Of a stretch of 64,000 nucleotides of DNA, positions 18,883-27,636 are shown one piece after another. The stretch's first letter is position 1; each line of letters starts with the position of its first letter. The notes under the pieces are model-generated. The model made no database searches. It saw only the letters and a list, made by a program, of their open reading frames with translations, and was not told the origin of the DNA. The position numbers were made by a program, and so were the translations under genes. Source of the stretch: Patescibacteria group bacterium (GTDB taxonomy: Bacteria > Patescibacteriota > Patescibacteriia > GWA2-46-9); NCBI GenBank assembly GCA_041660005.1, contig JBAZXG010000001.1:158565-222564 (forward strand), read 5' to 3'.

Positions 18883-19413
18883 ATGCCAAATCACCTTTCA
18901 TTATTACATTCCCTCTTTGGTGACACTGAAGAGCCAAAAAGAAGGAAGATACTACGCTCCATCAAAGCTAAAGCTGACTCCAAAAGAACAGTATCAGAAA
19001 AAACCGCCGATTGGATGACGGCTCATTTTGGGAGTATAACTTTTTTACTACTGAACTTTTTTTTGTTTATCGTTTGGTTAGTTATTAATTCTGAACGAAC
19101 AAAAGGACTTCCCAACTTTGACCCCTTCCCATTTAACCTACTAACAACAATCGTTTCACTAGAAGCAATTATTCTTGCTATTTTTGTTCTGATATCGCAA
19201 AACCGAAGTATGAAAGTGGACGACCTAAGAGAAGAGGTTCATTTACAGATAAATCTCATTGCTGAAAAAGAAGTAACAAAAGTAATGAAAATGATGGTTC
19301 TATTGTTAAAAAAACATGATATAGATGTATCGGAAGATCCTGAACTAAAAAAGCTTCTTAAGCCCATCAGTGAGGAAGAGATAGAGCGGATATTAGAAAA
19401 AGAAATTTTGTAA
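18883..19413 (+). CDS. DUF1003 family membrane protein
   Basis: DWMTAHFGSITFLLLNFFLFIVWLVINS...FDPFPFNLLTTIVSLEAIILAIFVLISQNR pattern. Confidence 0.55.
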   Translation: MPNHLSLLHSLFGDTEEPKRRKILRSIKAKADSKRTVSEKTADWMTAHFGSITFLLLNFFLFIVWLVINSERTKGLPNFDPFPFNLLTTIVSLEAIILAIFVLISQNRSMKVDDLREEVHLQINLIAEKEVTKVMKMMVLLLKKHDIDVSEDPELKKLLKPISEEEIERILEKEIL

Positions 19414-19517
19414 ACCATCTGTATTGCGTAAGGCGTACTGCGCAAGGATGATATTACACTTGCTATTTATCGCTATTTAGCATAGTATCAAGCAACTCAC
19501 CACTCATATAAAAATCT

Positions 19518-19931
19518 ATGAACTCACCATTTCAACGTAATACTCGAGGAAAACGCAGCGACGGGGACAGATTTAGTAGCGATAAGCCCTGGAAAAAGAG
19601 CTTTGGCGACCGCGACGGCGCACGTCCGGCACTACACCCTGCTGTCTGCAGTAAGTGCGGCCAAGACTGTGTTGTGCCTTTTAAACCAAACGGCAAAAAA
19701 CCAATTTTCTGCAGCAATTGTTTCAAAAAAGAAGAGGGCGCAGACGACAATCGATTTAGTCGACCGAGTACCGGGCGACCATATCGTGATGAAGATCGCG
19801 GCGGTAGAGAAGATTCTTTAGGGTGGCAACTGAAAACGATTAATAGCAAGCTCGACACTATTTTGAACCTGCTAGAATCTGACACCTACGAAGAACCTAA
19901 GCTTGATAAACCAAAATTCAGGAAACGTTAA
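19518..19931 (+). CDS. Hypothetical zinc-ribbon protein (CxxC-x17-CxxC) with Arg/Gly-rich flanks
   Basis: CSKCGQDC...CSNCFKKEEG; basic RGG-like low complexity. Confidence 0.5.
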   Translation: MNSPFQRNTRGKRSDGDRFSSDKPWKKSFGDRDGARPALHPAVCSKCGQDCVVPFKPNGKKPIFCSNCFKKEEGADDNRFSRPSTGRPYRDEDRGGREDSLGWQLKTINSKLDTILNLLESDTYEEPKLDKPKFRKR

Positions 19932-20015
19932 AGCGACTGAAGACTCCTGAAACGACCCCCGAGTTTTCGGTTTGTCGGCGTTTCTGAAAATTGCTTAACT
20001 TTCGCGTTACCGTTT

Positions 20016-20049
20016 TACACCATTTTGTGCGTGCGCACAAAATGGTGTA
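20016..20049. repeat. 34-bp palindrome copy 2 (centre gtgcgc variant)
   Basis: tacaccattttgtgcgtgcgcacaaaatggtgta. Confidence 0.85.
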
Positions 20050-20087
20050 AAAGTTAAAAGTCAATATAATCACGACAAGCTGACGGA

Positions 20088-20193
20088 GTGTAATGGTAAT
20101 CCCACTTCGCCGAGTCAAACTCGGCTACGAGGGATATTTTTGTCTTCTATATTGTAACCTCGCGGCAAGCCGACGAGGTATTGGGGACAAAAA
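20088..20193. repeat. Mosaic repeat: B-module (gtgtaatggtaatcccacttcgccgagtcaaactc) + C-module double hairpin (tttttgtc..cctcg-cggcaagccga-cgagg..gacaaaaa)
   Basis: B-module also at 15751-15785; C-module near-identical at 33521-33577. Confidence 0.75.
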
Positions 20194-20290
20194 TAAAAAA
20201 CTCGCGGAGCACCGCGAGAGTTAGCTGGCTGTCGAACGTACTGGATATACAGTCCAGAGTTCGACAGCCCGCCGCTGCGAAGGAAGCTTC

Positions 20291-20593
20291 CTACCCTGCC
20301 AGGAGTCCCTCCTTGAATTCCTCGAACGGGATAGCTTCCCCTTCGGGTTCTGCGTAATCGGGGTCAACGTTGTGCCGAGCACGGAAGACCGCAGTTGCAC
20401 CCGGAACCCATCCGGCTCGCTCTTCGACGGCGGTTTTCAGGGCCGCCCGAGAATGCACGTAGCATTCCCAAAGAGCAGCCTGTTTCAGAAACCGTCGACC
20501 ACCCATCCTGGGGTTGTCCCTGCTCAGGGCAACAACCCCGTCTCCAGTGACCGGTCCGGAGGTCACTATGTATCCTCGGCCGCTTTCATCCAC
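20291..20593 (-). CDS. Hypothetical protein in GC-rich islet (100 aa)
   Basis: Natural-looking translation on minus strand; downstream 10-bp stem with 22-nt loop (20228-20268) then tight terminator 20200-20218 + U-run. Confidence 0.35.
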   Translation of the reverse strand: MDESGRGYIVTSGPVTGDGVVALSRDNPRMGGRRFLKQAALWECYVHSRAALKTAVEERAGWVPGATAVFRARHNVDPDYAEPEGEAIPFEEFKEGLLAG

Positions 20594-21004
20594 TCCACTT
20601 ACCTCGCTTGGTTATTCTGTCCTGCTGGTCAAACCAGACGCGAACAGTGGGCACAATGGTATCCTTATAAAAGGAAATAATCAAGGAACTCCTTTTGATT
20701 TATTATTACTTTGGAAATAACACATTTGAACCTTGCCCAGTCAGACTGGGCGGAGGTTGTCTATTATATTTTTCTTCACAAACTGTTAGTACCATAGCCT
20801 AGACTATGGTACTAGATGAAAAATGGGACTTCTAGGTAAAAAATATAATATACTATTCGATATTCCAACATTCTTGAGAATGTGAGAATGACAGAAATAA
20901 GTCACTCCACAGATTTCGCTTGCAGTACCAACCCCTACAAAATCAGCAAGTCTTAGTGACTTTTATACAAAAAGTATTATACTAGCATTAAGTTACTATA
21001 GTTT

Positions 21005-21397
21005 ATGCACGACCAATATACCCCTGACGACCCTAAGGTTACAAAAAGCAGTAAGGAAGTGCGACCGCCAGCAAGTATGGATGAGGGTCAGGAAATAGGC
21101 AAAAGTGAAGTGCCAACGAAAGTTCTTAACATGGCGGAAATAATGCTAGGTAAGTTGGGTGGGCAGACTGACGGTCGTAATGTTACTATTACTCGCTGCA
21201 AAGTTAGCATTGATCAAACAAACAACAGTTGTTTTTATTCGATCAGGGGAGCAATTCACACCGAACAATTAAATACACGAACTGACAGTTCCGAACCTCA
21301 GTTTGATCGACCAACCGAAGCTGAAGTCATGATTACAACATATCCTCATGAAGTTATTGAGACGAAAGTTGTCAGTACGAAGATAGTGCACCAATAA
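21005..21397 (+). CDS. Hypothetical protein (130 aa)
   Basis: ORF ending right before strong terminator. Confidence 0.45.
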   Translation: MHDQYTPDDPKVTKSSKEVRPPASMDEGQEIGKSEVPTKVLNMAEIMLGKLGGQTDGRNVTITRCKVSIDQTNNSCFYSIRGAIHTEQLNTRTDSSEPQFDRPTEAEVMITTYPHEVIETKVVSTKIVHQ

Positions 21398-21430
21398 AAA
21401 ATACCTCGGCTCGCGCCGAGGTATTTTTCA
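21396..21430. terminator. Bidirectional intrinsic terminator shared by convergent genes
   Basis: aaaatacctcggc-tcgc-gccgaggtatttt perfect 13-bp stem with A-run and T-run. Confidence 0.8.
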
Positions 21431-21438
21431 AGAATTTA

Positions 21439-22062
21439 CTAATCTACCCGTTTGACTTTTTGCGCCGCATCAAAAACTAAATTCGCCGTTTTCCAATTGA
21501 GGTTCTTAATATAATCATCAATATAGGTCTTTCGATCTGATCCGTAATCAATAAAGTAAGCATGCTCATAGACGTCTAACGTCAGCACAGGAATAGCACC
21601 CCAAACGCCACCCTGATTGTGCGCGTCGCCAGTGTAGACTTTGAGCTCGGCTTCATGCGTGTCCCAGGCAAGAACTGCCCAACCGCGTGCTGCCATACCG
21701 CAGGCTTTAAAGTAGCTAAGAAAATTTTCAAGTGAACCAAACTTTTCTTCAAGTGCAGTAATGAGCGAACCGTCAGGAACACCATCACCACCGAGCACAT
21801 TGAAGTAATACTCATGAAGGTACACGCCATTTGTGGCGAACGTCTCGCCGTCTTTCAAGGCGCGCAGTTCAGAAAATGTCTGGTTGGCACCGGTTAAATC
21901 TTTTTTACCCTGCTCAAACGCTTCTAGACTTTCGGCGATCTCGTTCTTCTTCTTAACGTAACCCATGTAGAGCACATCATGGTGCATCGCCATGGTCTTG
22001 TCCGAAATACCTTTCAGTGTCGCTTTAAAAGGAAGCGGCTTACCTGTATATTGTTTTGCCAT
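21439..22062 (-). CDS. sodA: Fe/Mn superoxide dismutase
   Basis: DVYEHAYFIDYGSDRKTYIDDY and WDTHEAEL motifs; 207 aa. Confidence 0.9.
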   Translation of the reverse strand: MAKQYTGKPLPFKATLKGISDKTMAMHHDVLYMGYVKKKNEIAESLEAFEQGKKDLTGANQTFSELRALKDGETFATNGVYLHEYYFNVLGGDGVPDGSLITALEEKFGSLENFLSYFKACGMAARGWAVLAWDTHEAELKVYTGDAHNQGGVWGAIPVLTLDVYEHAYFIDYGSDRKTYIDDYIKNLNWKTANLVFDAAQKVKRVD

Positions 22063-22163
22063 AAAATATAAATAATTTAATAACTTCTATTGAACATCCA
22101 GTATACGCCCGCTTAAAAAAGTAGGCAAAACTACCCACGGCTCTTTTGCCGACAAAACAATTT

Positions 22164-23363
22164 CTAAATTCGGACAAATTTAATTATCTCGGGTAATGCT
22201 TTGAGTACAAGGTCAATATCTTCTTTGGTAGTACTCTCGCCAAACGTAAAACGAACACTGCCGGCAATAGACGCTTTGTCGAGTCCTATGGCTTCAAGTA
22301 CGTGCGACGGCTCCCCTTTTGCACCAGCGCACGCTGCTCCTGTGCCAGCGTAAATTCCCTGCTCGCTCAAATACACAATGAGTCCTTCAGCGTCAACTCC
22401 GGGAAGACACACGTTGACGTTGTTCGGCAAACGCAGTGTTGCATGACCGTTTACCGTACTGCCAGGAATGACAGCAAGAATACCATTAGTAAAGTAATCA
22501 CGAAGAGACGTAAGACAAAGAATCTTTGCCTCGTGGTCTCTGCGCGCCAGCGTTAACGCCGCGGCTAACCCCACAATTGCAGGAACATTTTCAGTGCCAG
22601 CCACGAGACCGTGCTGTTGCCCGCCGCCATAAATAAGCGGCGCAAGTGTAATGCCACGTCGCACGTAAAGTGCCCCAACCCCCTTAGGGCCATAAAGCTT
22701 AGCGGCGTTCAAAGTCAATAAATCAACCCCTAGCTTTTCAACTGCCAGTGGTAAAAACGCGGCGGCCTGACAGGCATCGGTATGAAAATAAACAGGATGG
22801 AGACCTTGAGTAGTACGTTCTCGATTTACACGTTTCATCAATTTTCCGATTTCAACAATTGGCTCAATAACGCCAATTTCATTGTTGGCGTACATGACAG
22901 AGACAAGAACTGTTTCTGGAACAATCGCGGCAACAATAGCAGCAGGATCAATCCGGCCTTCACGGTCAACAGGTACGCTCGTAACACGCGCATCTTTGTC
23001 TTGAACAAGCGCACGCAACGGTTCTCTCACTGCATCGTGCTCAATAGTCGAAGTAACAACGTGGGGCACTGGCTGATGACTTGCGCGAACAGTGCCAAGA
23101 ACGGCCAGGTTGTCACTCGCTGTCCCGCTAGGAGTAAAGATGATTTCGTCTGAATGCGCGCCAAGTATTTCGGCAACAGCGCGCGCTGCTGCATCAATAA
23201 CTACACGACTCTGCTTTCCTAAACGGTGAAGGCTCGATGGGTTGCCATAATACTCGTCGTAATAAGGTGCCATGACCATGGCCACCTCAGGAGCGACCGG
23301 GGTCGCTGCCGCGTAATCAAGATAGATATTCGGCTCTTTCGCCTTTTTCTTAAAAAATTGCAT
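22164..23363 (-). CDS. Cysteine desulfurase, NifS/IscS type (class V aminotransferase)
   Basis: YLDYAAATPV, LNAAKLYGPKGVGALYVRRG PLP-Lys region, C-terminal active-site Cys loop GTGAACAG. Confidence 0.85.
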   Translation of the reverse strand: MQFFKKKAKEPNIYLDYAAATPVAPEVAMVMAPYYDEYYGNPSSLHRLGKQSRVVIDAAARAVAEILGAHSDEIIFTPSGTASDNLAVLGTVRASHQPVPHVVTSTIEHDAVREPLRALVQDKDARVTSVPVDREGRIDPAAIVAAIVPETVLVSVMYANNEIGVIEPIVEIGKLMKRVNRERTTQGLHPVYFHTDACQAAAFLPLAVEKLGVDLLTLNAAKLYGPKGVGALYVRRGITLAPLIYGGGQQHGLVAGTENVPAIVGLAAALTLARRDHEAKILCLTSLRDYFTNGILAVIPGSTVNGHATLRLPNNVNVCLPGVDAEGLIVYLSEQGIYAGTGAACAGAKGEPSHVLEAIGLDKASIAGSVRFTFGESTTKEDIDLVLKALPEIIKFVRI

Positions 23364-23503
23364 ATACGTTAATTGTACCCATGAACTATAAAGTAAGCTA
23401 TGGATTGTTTTACGTCAAAGACATTACATAAAAATCGGATTGACTTTTCATAATGTCTGAGATATTCTATCCAGTCCTAACCAAGGACAGGAGGAATCGA
23501 CCA

Positions 23504-23719
23504 ATGGCCGACGAAAACGCCCTTCTTTTCGCAGAGGAAGGGAGAAAGAGGATCCAACGCGCCATCACAGCACAAGCGGGTCGCGAGACTCACCTCGCCT
23601 GTGAGCGAGGTTTCGTCGATACTGAGACAGGTATCGGCGTAAGCGATACTGACATTCTCGAGGTACTCGAACGCGAGTGGCTTGATCTCCAGGTGATCCT
23701 GTCCACTCCTGCCGAGTAG
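23504..23719 (+). CDS. Hypothetical small protein (71 aa) in GC-rich cassette, C-terminus ..STPAE
   Basis: AGGACAGGAGGA SD 7 nt upstream of ATG; GC ~55%. Confidence 0.4.
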   Translation: MADENALLFAEEGRKRIQRAITAQAGRETHLACERGFVDTETGIGVSDTDILEVLEREWLDLQVILSTPAE

Positions 23720-23732
23720 CCGGAGAACCTCC

Positions 23733-23808
23733 GAACGCGCGCGACGAGAAGGGCGGGAAGATTGGCAACGAGCTGATCGACCCGCCCTCGTCTTTTCTAG
23801 CCACTTTT
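23733..23808 (+). repeat. 3' cassette module copy 1: ccgaacgcgcgcgacgagaagggcggg-[23-nt loop]-cccgccctcgtcttttctagc (terminator-like inverted repeat)
   Basis: ~70 nt identical to 24367-24445. Confidence 0.75.
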
Positions 23809-23938
23809 TAATCTTTTATTACTTTTTGAAGCCAAAAAATCTTCTCTAAAAAACCTTCATTTTGAGTACATCACTTAGAATTGACGTTTAAATGCTAAAG
23901 GACTAAGGTACTTCGGCACTACTTCATAGTGGAGTGTG

Positions 23939-24358
23939 ATGAGACAAAGCCGAAACTTTCGGCCAGCACCGGAGGAAACAGTGAAGAAACTCATACGCGA
24001 GATCACGTTCTCGACGAGAGGGGTGAGCGTTTCTCTCGCCAACGGAGGAGTGTTCGGCATTAACTGCCAAACACTCGACATGACGGTCGATGAGGGCGAG
24101 GGCGGTCTAAATAGCGCCGCACTGCCCCACGACAGCGTCATGCGGTTCGAGGTCAGAGATGAGGAGGAGTGCCACTGCGCCGCAGTCGAGGGTCCGACTT
24201 TGGGAGCCCACCTGTACGTGGTGTACAGGGACACGACAGGTGGTGAGCAGGGAATGGACATGGGCCTTTTCCCTTTCCGTGATACGCTTCTGCTCCTCTG
24301 TGAAGTGTTCAACAAGCTCAAGCCCGTCACGACTGTCCCCTCCACTCCGGCCGAGTAA
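23939..24358 (+). CDS. Hypothetical protein (140 aa) in GC-rich cassette, C-terminus ..STPAE
   Basis: TTGACG -35-like at 23881, GGAG before ATG; GC ~63%. Confidence 0.4.
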   Translation: MRQSRNFRPAPEETVKKLIREITFSTRGVSVSLANGGVFGINCQTLDMTVDEGEGGLNSAALPHDSVMRFEVRDEEECHCAAVEGPTLGAHLYVVYRDTTGGEQGMDMGLFPFRDTLLLLCEVFNKLKPVTTVPSTPAE

Positions 24359-24366
24359 CCTGAGGC

Positions 24367-24445
24367 CCGAACGCGCGCGACGAGAAGGGCGGGAAGATTG
24401 GCAACGAGCTGATCGACCCGCCCTCGTCTTTTCTAGCTACTTTTT
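24367..24445 (+). repeat. 3' cassette module copy 2 (identical to 23733-23808)
   Basis: Direct comparison of both copies. Confidence 0.75.
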
Positions 24446-24469
24446 AGTGCTTTCGTATTTTAGAATTTT

Positions 24470-24503
24470 TACACAATTTTGTGCGTACGCACAAAATTGT
24501 GTA
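24470..24503. repeat. 34-bp palindrome copy 3 (tacacaattttgtgcgtacgcacaaaattgtgta)
   Basis: Perfect palindrome; 2 substitutions vs copy 1, compensated symmetrically. Confidence 0.85.
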
Positions 24504-24512
24504 ATTTGATAC

Positions 24513-24549
24513 TTGCGTCACTCGGAAATGCAAATTATGATTTGCATTT
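24513..24549 (+). promoter_or_regulatory. Candidate suf operon promoter (-35 TTGCGT, 17 nt, -10 TATGAT) overlapped by operator-like inverted repeat aaatgcaaat-tatg-atttgcattt
   Basis: Motifs read directly ~95 nt upstream of sufB start. Confidence 0.45.
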
Positions 24550-24640
24550 CACTCGAATATTTGGCAATAACAATTTAATACTAACAACCGCAAAACACTT
24601 TGCCGGACAGGGCGTATATTGCTACACTTGGACACTGCCT

Positions 24641-26089
24641 ATGCCGCAAAATGAACAAGAAATTATCGCAAAAACAACGAGCAAATCCTACCCATTCGGC
24701 TTTCGCTCAGTGATTGCAACCGAACAGGCAGAACGAGGTTTGAACGAAGCAGTTATTCGGTTTATTGCGCAAAAAAGAGATGAACCGGTATGGCTCCTCG
24801 ACTGGCGACTCGCTGCCTACCGCCATTGGCTCACCATGAACGAACCAACCTGGGCAAACGTTGCCTATCCGCAAATCGATTATCAAGCAATGCACTACTA
24901 CGCGGCACCAAAACAGCGACAGGCACTTAATAGCTTGTCCGAAGTTGATCCTGCAATTCGCGAAACCTTTGAAAAACTTGGTATACCGGTTTTTGAACAG
25001 GAACGCTTAGCTGGTATAGCAATTGATGCAGTGATTGACAGCGTTTCCGTAGCGACGAGCGTTCACGAAACACTGCAAAATCTCGGCATTGTTTTTTGTT
25101 CTCTCGGTGAAGCCGTACAAAAATACCCCGACCTCGTGCGTCAGTATCTCGGCAGCGTAGTACCTGCGAATGATAACTTTTTTGCAGCGCTCAATGCCGC
25201 TGTTATGAGCGACGGCACTTTTGTTTACATTCCCACTGGCGTACACTGCCCTATCGAACTCTCTACTTACTTTCGCATGAATGCCGCCAACACCGGCCAA
25301 TTTGAACGAACGCTTATCATTGCCGAAGCCGATAGCTACGTCAGTTACCTTGAGGGATGCACCGCCCCGCGCCGAGAAGAAAACCAATTGCACGCTGCAG
25401 TTGTGGAAATTGTTGCTCTAGAAAACGCCGAGGTGCGCTACGCCACGGTACAAAACTGGTACCCGGGGGACGAACAGGGCAAAGGTGGCGTCTATAATTT
25501 TGTGACAAAACGCGGGCACTGCTTAGGGAAACGATCAAAAATTTCTTGGACACAAGTAGAGACGGGTGCCGCCATCACTTGGAAATACCCCAGCGTTATT
25601 CTGGAAGGAGACGAATCAGAGGGGGCTTTCTATTCTGTTGCGGTCACTACTGCCCGACAGCAAGCAGACACCGGCACCAAAATGATTCATCTTGGAAAAA
25701 ATACCCGCAGTACTGTCATTGCCAAAAGTATTGCCGCAGGAGAAAGTCGAAACACCTACCGCGGCCTCGTTAAGGTCGGATCAAAAGGCGAAGGCGCTAA
25801 GAACTACTCGCAATGTGATTCATTACTCATTGGCGGAAAATCATCTGCGCACACCTTTCCAACTTTGGAAAGCCGGCAGACAAAAGCGAACGTGCAGCAC
25901 GAAGCCACCACTTCAAAAATTAGCGATGAGCAGCTCTTCTACCTTAATCAGCGCGGTATTCGCACTGAAGATGCTGTTGGTTTAATTGTCAACGGATACT
26001 GCAGAGAAGTGATGAGCCGACTGCCAATGGAATTTGCCGTTGAAGCAAAAAAACTGCTCTCATTAACGCTTGTGGGTGCTGTCGGTTAA
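24641..26089 (+). CDS. sufB: Fe-S cluster assembly protein SufB
   Basis: N-terminus aligns with SufB ([28 protein letters not shown]); length ~482 aa; followed by sufC. Confidence 0.9.
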   Translation: MPQNEQEIIAKTTSKSYPFGFRSVIATEQAERGLNEAVIRFIAQKRDEPVWLLDWRLAAYRHWLTMNEPTWANVAYPQIDYQAMHYYAAPKQRQALNSLSEVDPAIRETFEKLGIPVFEQERLAGIAIDAVIDSVSVATSVHETLQNLGIVFCSLGEAVQKYPDLVRQYLGSVVPANDNFFAALNAAVMSDGTFVYIPTGVHCPIELSTYFRMNAANTGQFERTLIIAEADSYVSYLEGCTAPRREENQLHAAVVEIVALENAEVRYATVQNWYPGDEQGKGGVYNFVTKRGHCLGKRSKISWTQVETGAAITWKYPSVILEGDESEGAFYSVAVTTARQQADTGTKMIHLGKNTRSTVIAKSIAAGESRNTYRGLVKVGSKGEGAKNYSQCDSLLIGGKSSAHTFPTLESRQTKANVQHEATTSKISDEQLFYLNQRGIRTEDAVGLIVNGYCREVMSRLPMEFAVEAKKLLSLTLVGAVG

Positions 26090-26095
26090 AACCTT

Positions 26096-26854
26096 ATGTC
26101 TGCTCCCCTACTCAGCATCAATAACCTAACGGTCGTTAAGGACGAAGTACCTATCCTTAGCGGGTGTAGTCTTACTGTTCCAAAAGGTGAAGTACACGTC
26201 ATTGTGGGACAAAACGGCTCTGGAAAAAGTACACTCGCGGCAACGCTTGCTGGAAAACCCGGATACCAAATCACACAAGGCAGCATTAACTATCTAGGGA
26301 AAGACCTCCTAACCATGACTCCCGAGGTTCGCGCCGGCGAAGGTATCTTTTTAGCGTTTCAGTATCCGGTCGAAATACCGGGACTCAGCATGATTGAATT
26401 TTTGCGTGCGTCTACGAACGCCGTACGCGGCTACCGCGGCGAAGCATCACTGGAACCCTTGCCCTTTCTTGATTACGTACGATCTAAACTCAAGGTGCTG
26501 AAACTCGGTGAACAGTTTTTAGAGCGTTCAGTTAATGACGGTTTTTCTGGTGGTGAAAAAAAACGCAACGAAATTCTACAACTACTTTTGCTTGAACCGC
26601 GACTCGCTATTCTTGACGAAACAGATTCTGGACTAGACGCCGACGCCCTCAGAACTGTTGCTCAAGTCATTCAAGAACTACGCTCGCCGGAGGAATCATT
26701 TCTCATTATCACGCATTACGCTAAACTCCTTTCTTGTCTCACGGTAAACCGTGTACACGTGATGCATCAAGGGAAAATTGCTTGTTCGGGTGGTACAGAA
26801 ATTATTACCGATATTGAACGTCACGGCTACGCCGGTCTTTTTGCTTCGCTATGA
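26096..26854 (+). CDS. sufC: Fe-S cluster assembly ATPase SufC
   Basis: GQNGSGKSTLAATLAG Walker A, FSGGEKKRNEILQLLLLEP signature. Confidence 0.9.
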   Translation: MSAPLLSINNLTVVKDEVPILSGCSLTVPKGEVHVIVGQNGSGKSTLAATLAGKPGYQITQGSINYLGKDLLTMTPEVRAGEGIFLAFQYPVEIPGLSMIEFLRASTNAVRGYRGEASLEPLPFLDYVRSKLKVLKLGEQFLERSVNDGFSGGEKKRNEILQLLLLEPRLAILDETDSGLDADALRTVAQVIQELRSPEESFLIITHYAKLLSCLTVNRVHVMHQGKIACSGGTEIITDIERHGYAGLFASL

Positions 26855-27636
26855 GCACCCGACAACTTAAAACGCAACAAAAAATTGCACAGCCAACTAT
26901 TAAAAAAGGTGTACTCGTCGTGCCCAAAAACAGCCGTATGGAACTAACCGAAGGCGCAGAGAGACCAAACCAAGATCAAGAGTATGAAGACATTGTTATC
27001 GAAACAGGTGGACGGCTACTGCATACGGTTTATAAAACACCGTACAAAAGCCGCAGTGTAGCAATTGCTGCTAATGCTTCCTACGAACTGCGCTGTCTCA
27101 CCGTCGGAGAACAGCAAATAGTAAACAACTTAACCGTTGAATTAAAAGGTGAGAGAGCTGAAGCTCACATTTTTATCCTGACGGCTACGTCAGGCACAAG
27201 CAAGCTACAAGAACGCATTCATATCATCCATAGAGCGCCCAACTGCACCTCGACCGTGCTGCATCGGGCGTTCGCTTCTCACGAAAGCACTGTTGACTTC
27301 ACAGGAACAATCTCCATAGCGCCCCAAGCAAAGAAATCTAACGCAAAACTTACGAGTAACGGACTACTACTCTCGCCGCACGCGCTCATACGCACGAGAC
27401 CAGAGTTTGAAATTTTGACGTCGGATGTCGGCTGTAGGCACGGAGCAACTATCGGTGAGCTTGATGAAGCAGCTCTTTTTTACATGACATCTCGAGGCAT
27501 TGATTTAATGCAAGCGAAAAGACTTCTCACTGTGGCTTTTGCTAAAGAAATCCTCACGGGAATGCCTGAAGGACCTGCAAAAAACGAATCAACTGCTGCT
27601 CTCGACTATTTTCTTGATCACGCCTATGCCGTTTGA
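26851..27636 (+). CDS. sufD: Fe-S cluster assembly protein SufD (short form)
   Basis: C-terminal SufD region LTSDVGCRHGATIGELDEAALFYMTSRGI; 4-nt overlap with sufC. Confidence 0.7.
   Translation: MSTRQLKTQQKIAQPTIKKGVLVVPKNSRMELTEGAERPNQDQEYEDIVIETGGRLLHTVYKTPYKSRSVAIAANASYELRCLTVGEQQIVNNLTVELKGERAEAHIFILTATSGTSKLQERIHIIHRAPNCTSTVLHRAFASHESTVDFTGTISIAPQAKKSNAKLTSNGLLLSPHALIRTRPEFEILTSDVGCRHGATIGELDEAALFYMTSRGIDLMQAKRLLTVAFAKEILTGMPEGPAKNESTAALDYFLDHAYAV

Noticed and set aside
20372-20720. Plus-strand ORFs (102 and 68 aa) in the 20230-20700 GC-rich islet
   Set aside because: Translation looks like reverse-frame junk whereas the minus-strand 100-aa product reads as a natural protein. The gcccagtcagactgggc hairpin at 20731 could suit either strand, so confidence in the minus gene is only 0.35
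23733-24445. Integron attC identity for the shared 3' module
   Set aside because: I could not find the RYYYAAC...GTTRRRY inverse-core/core pair and no integrase is in the window. The resemblance is only architectural (imperfect dyad with a large loop after each cassette)
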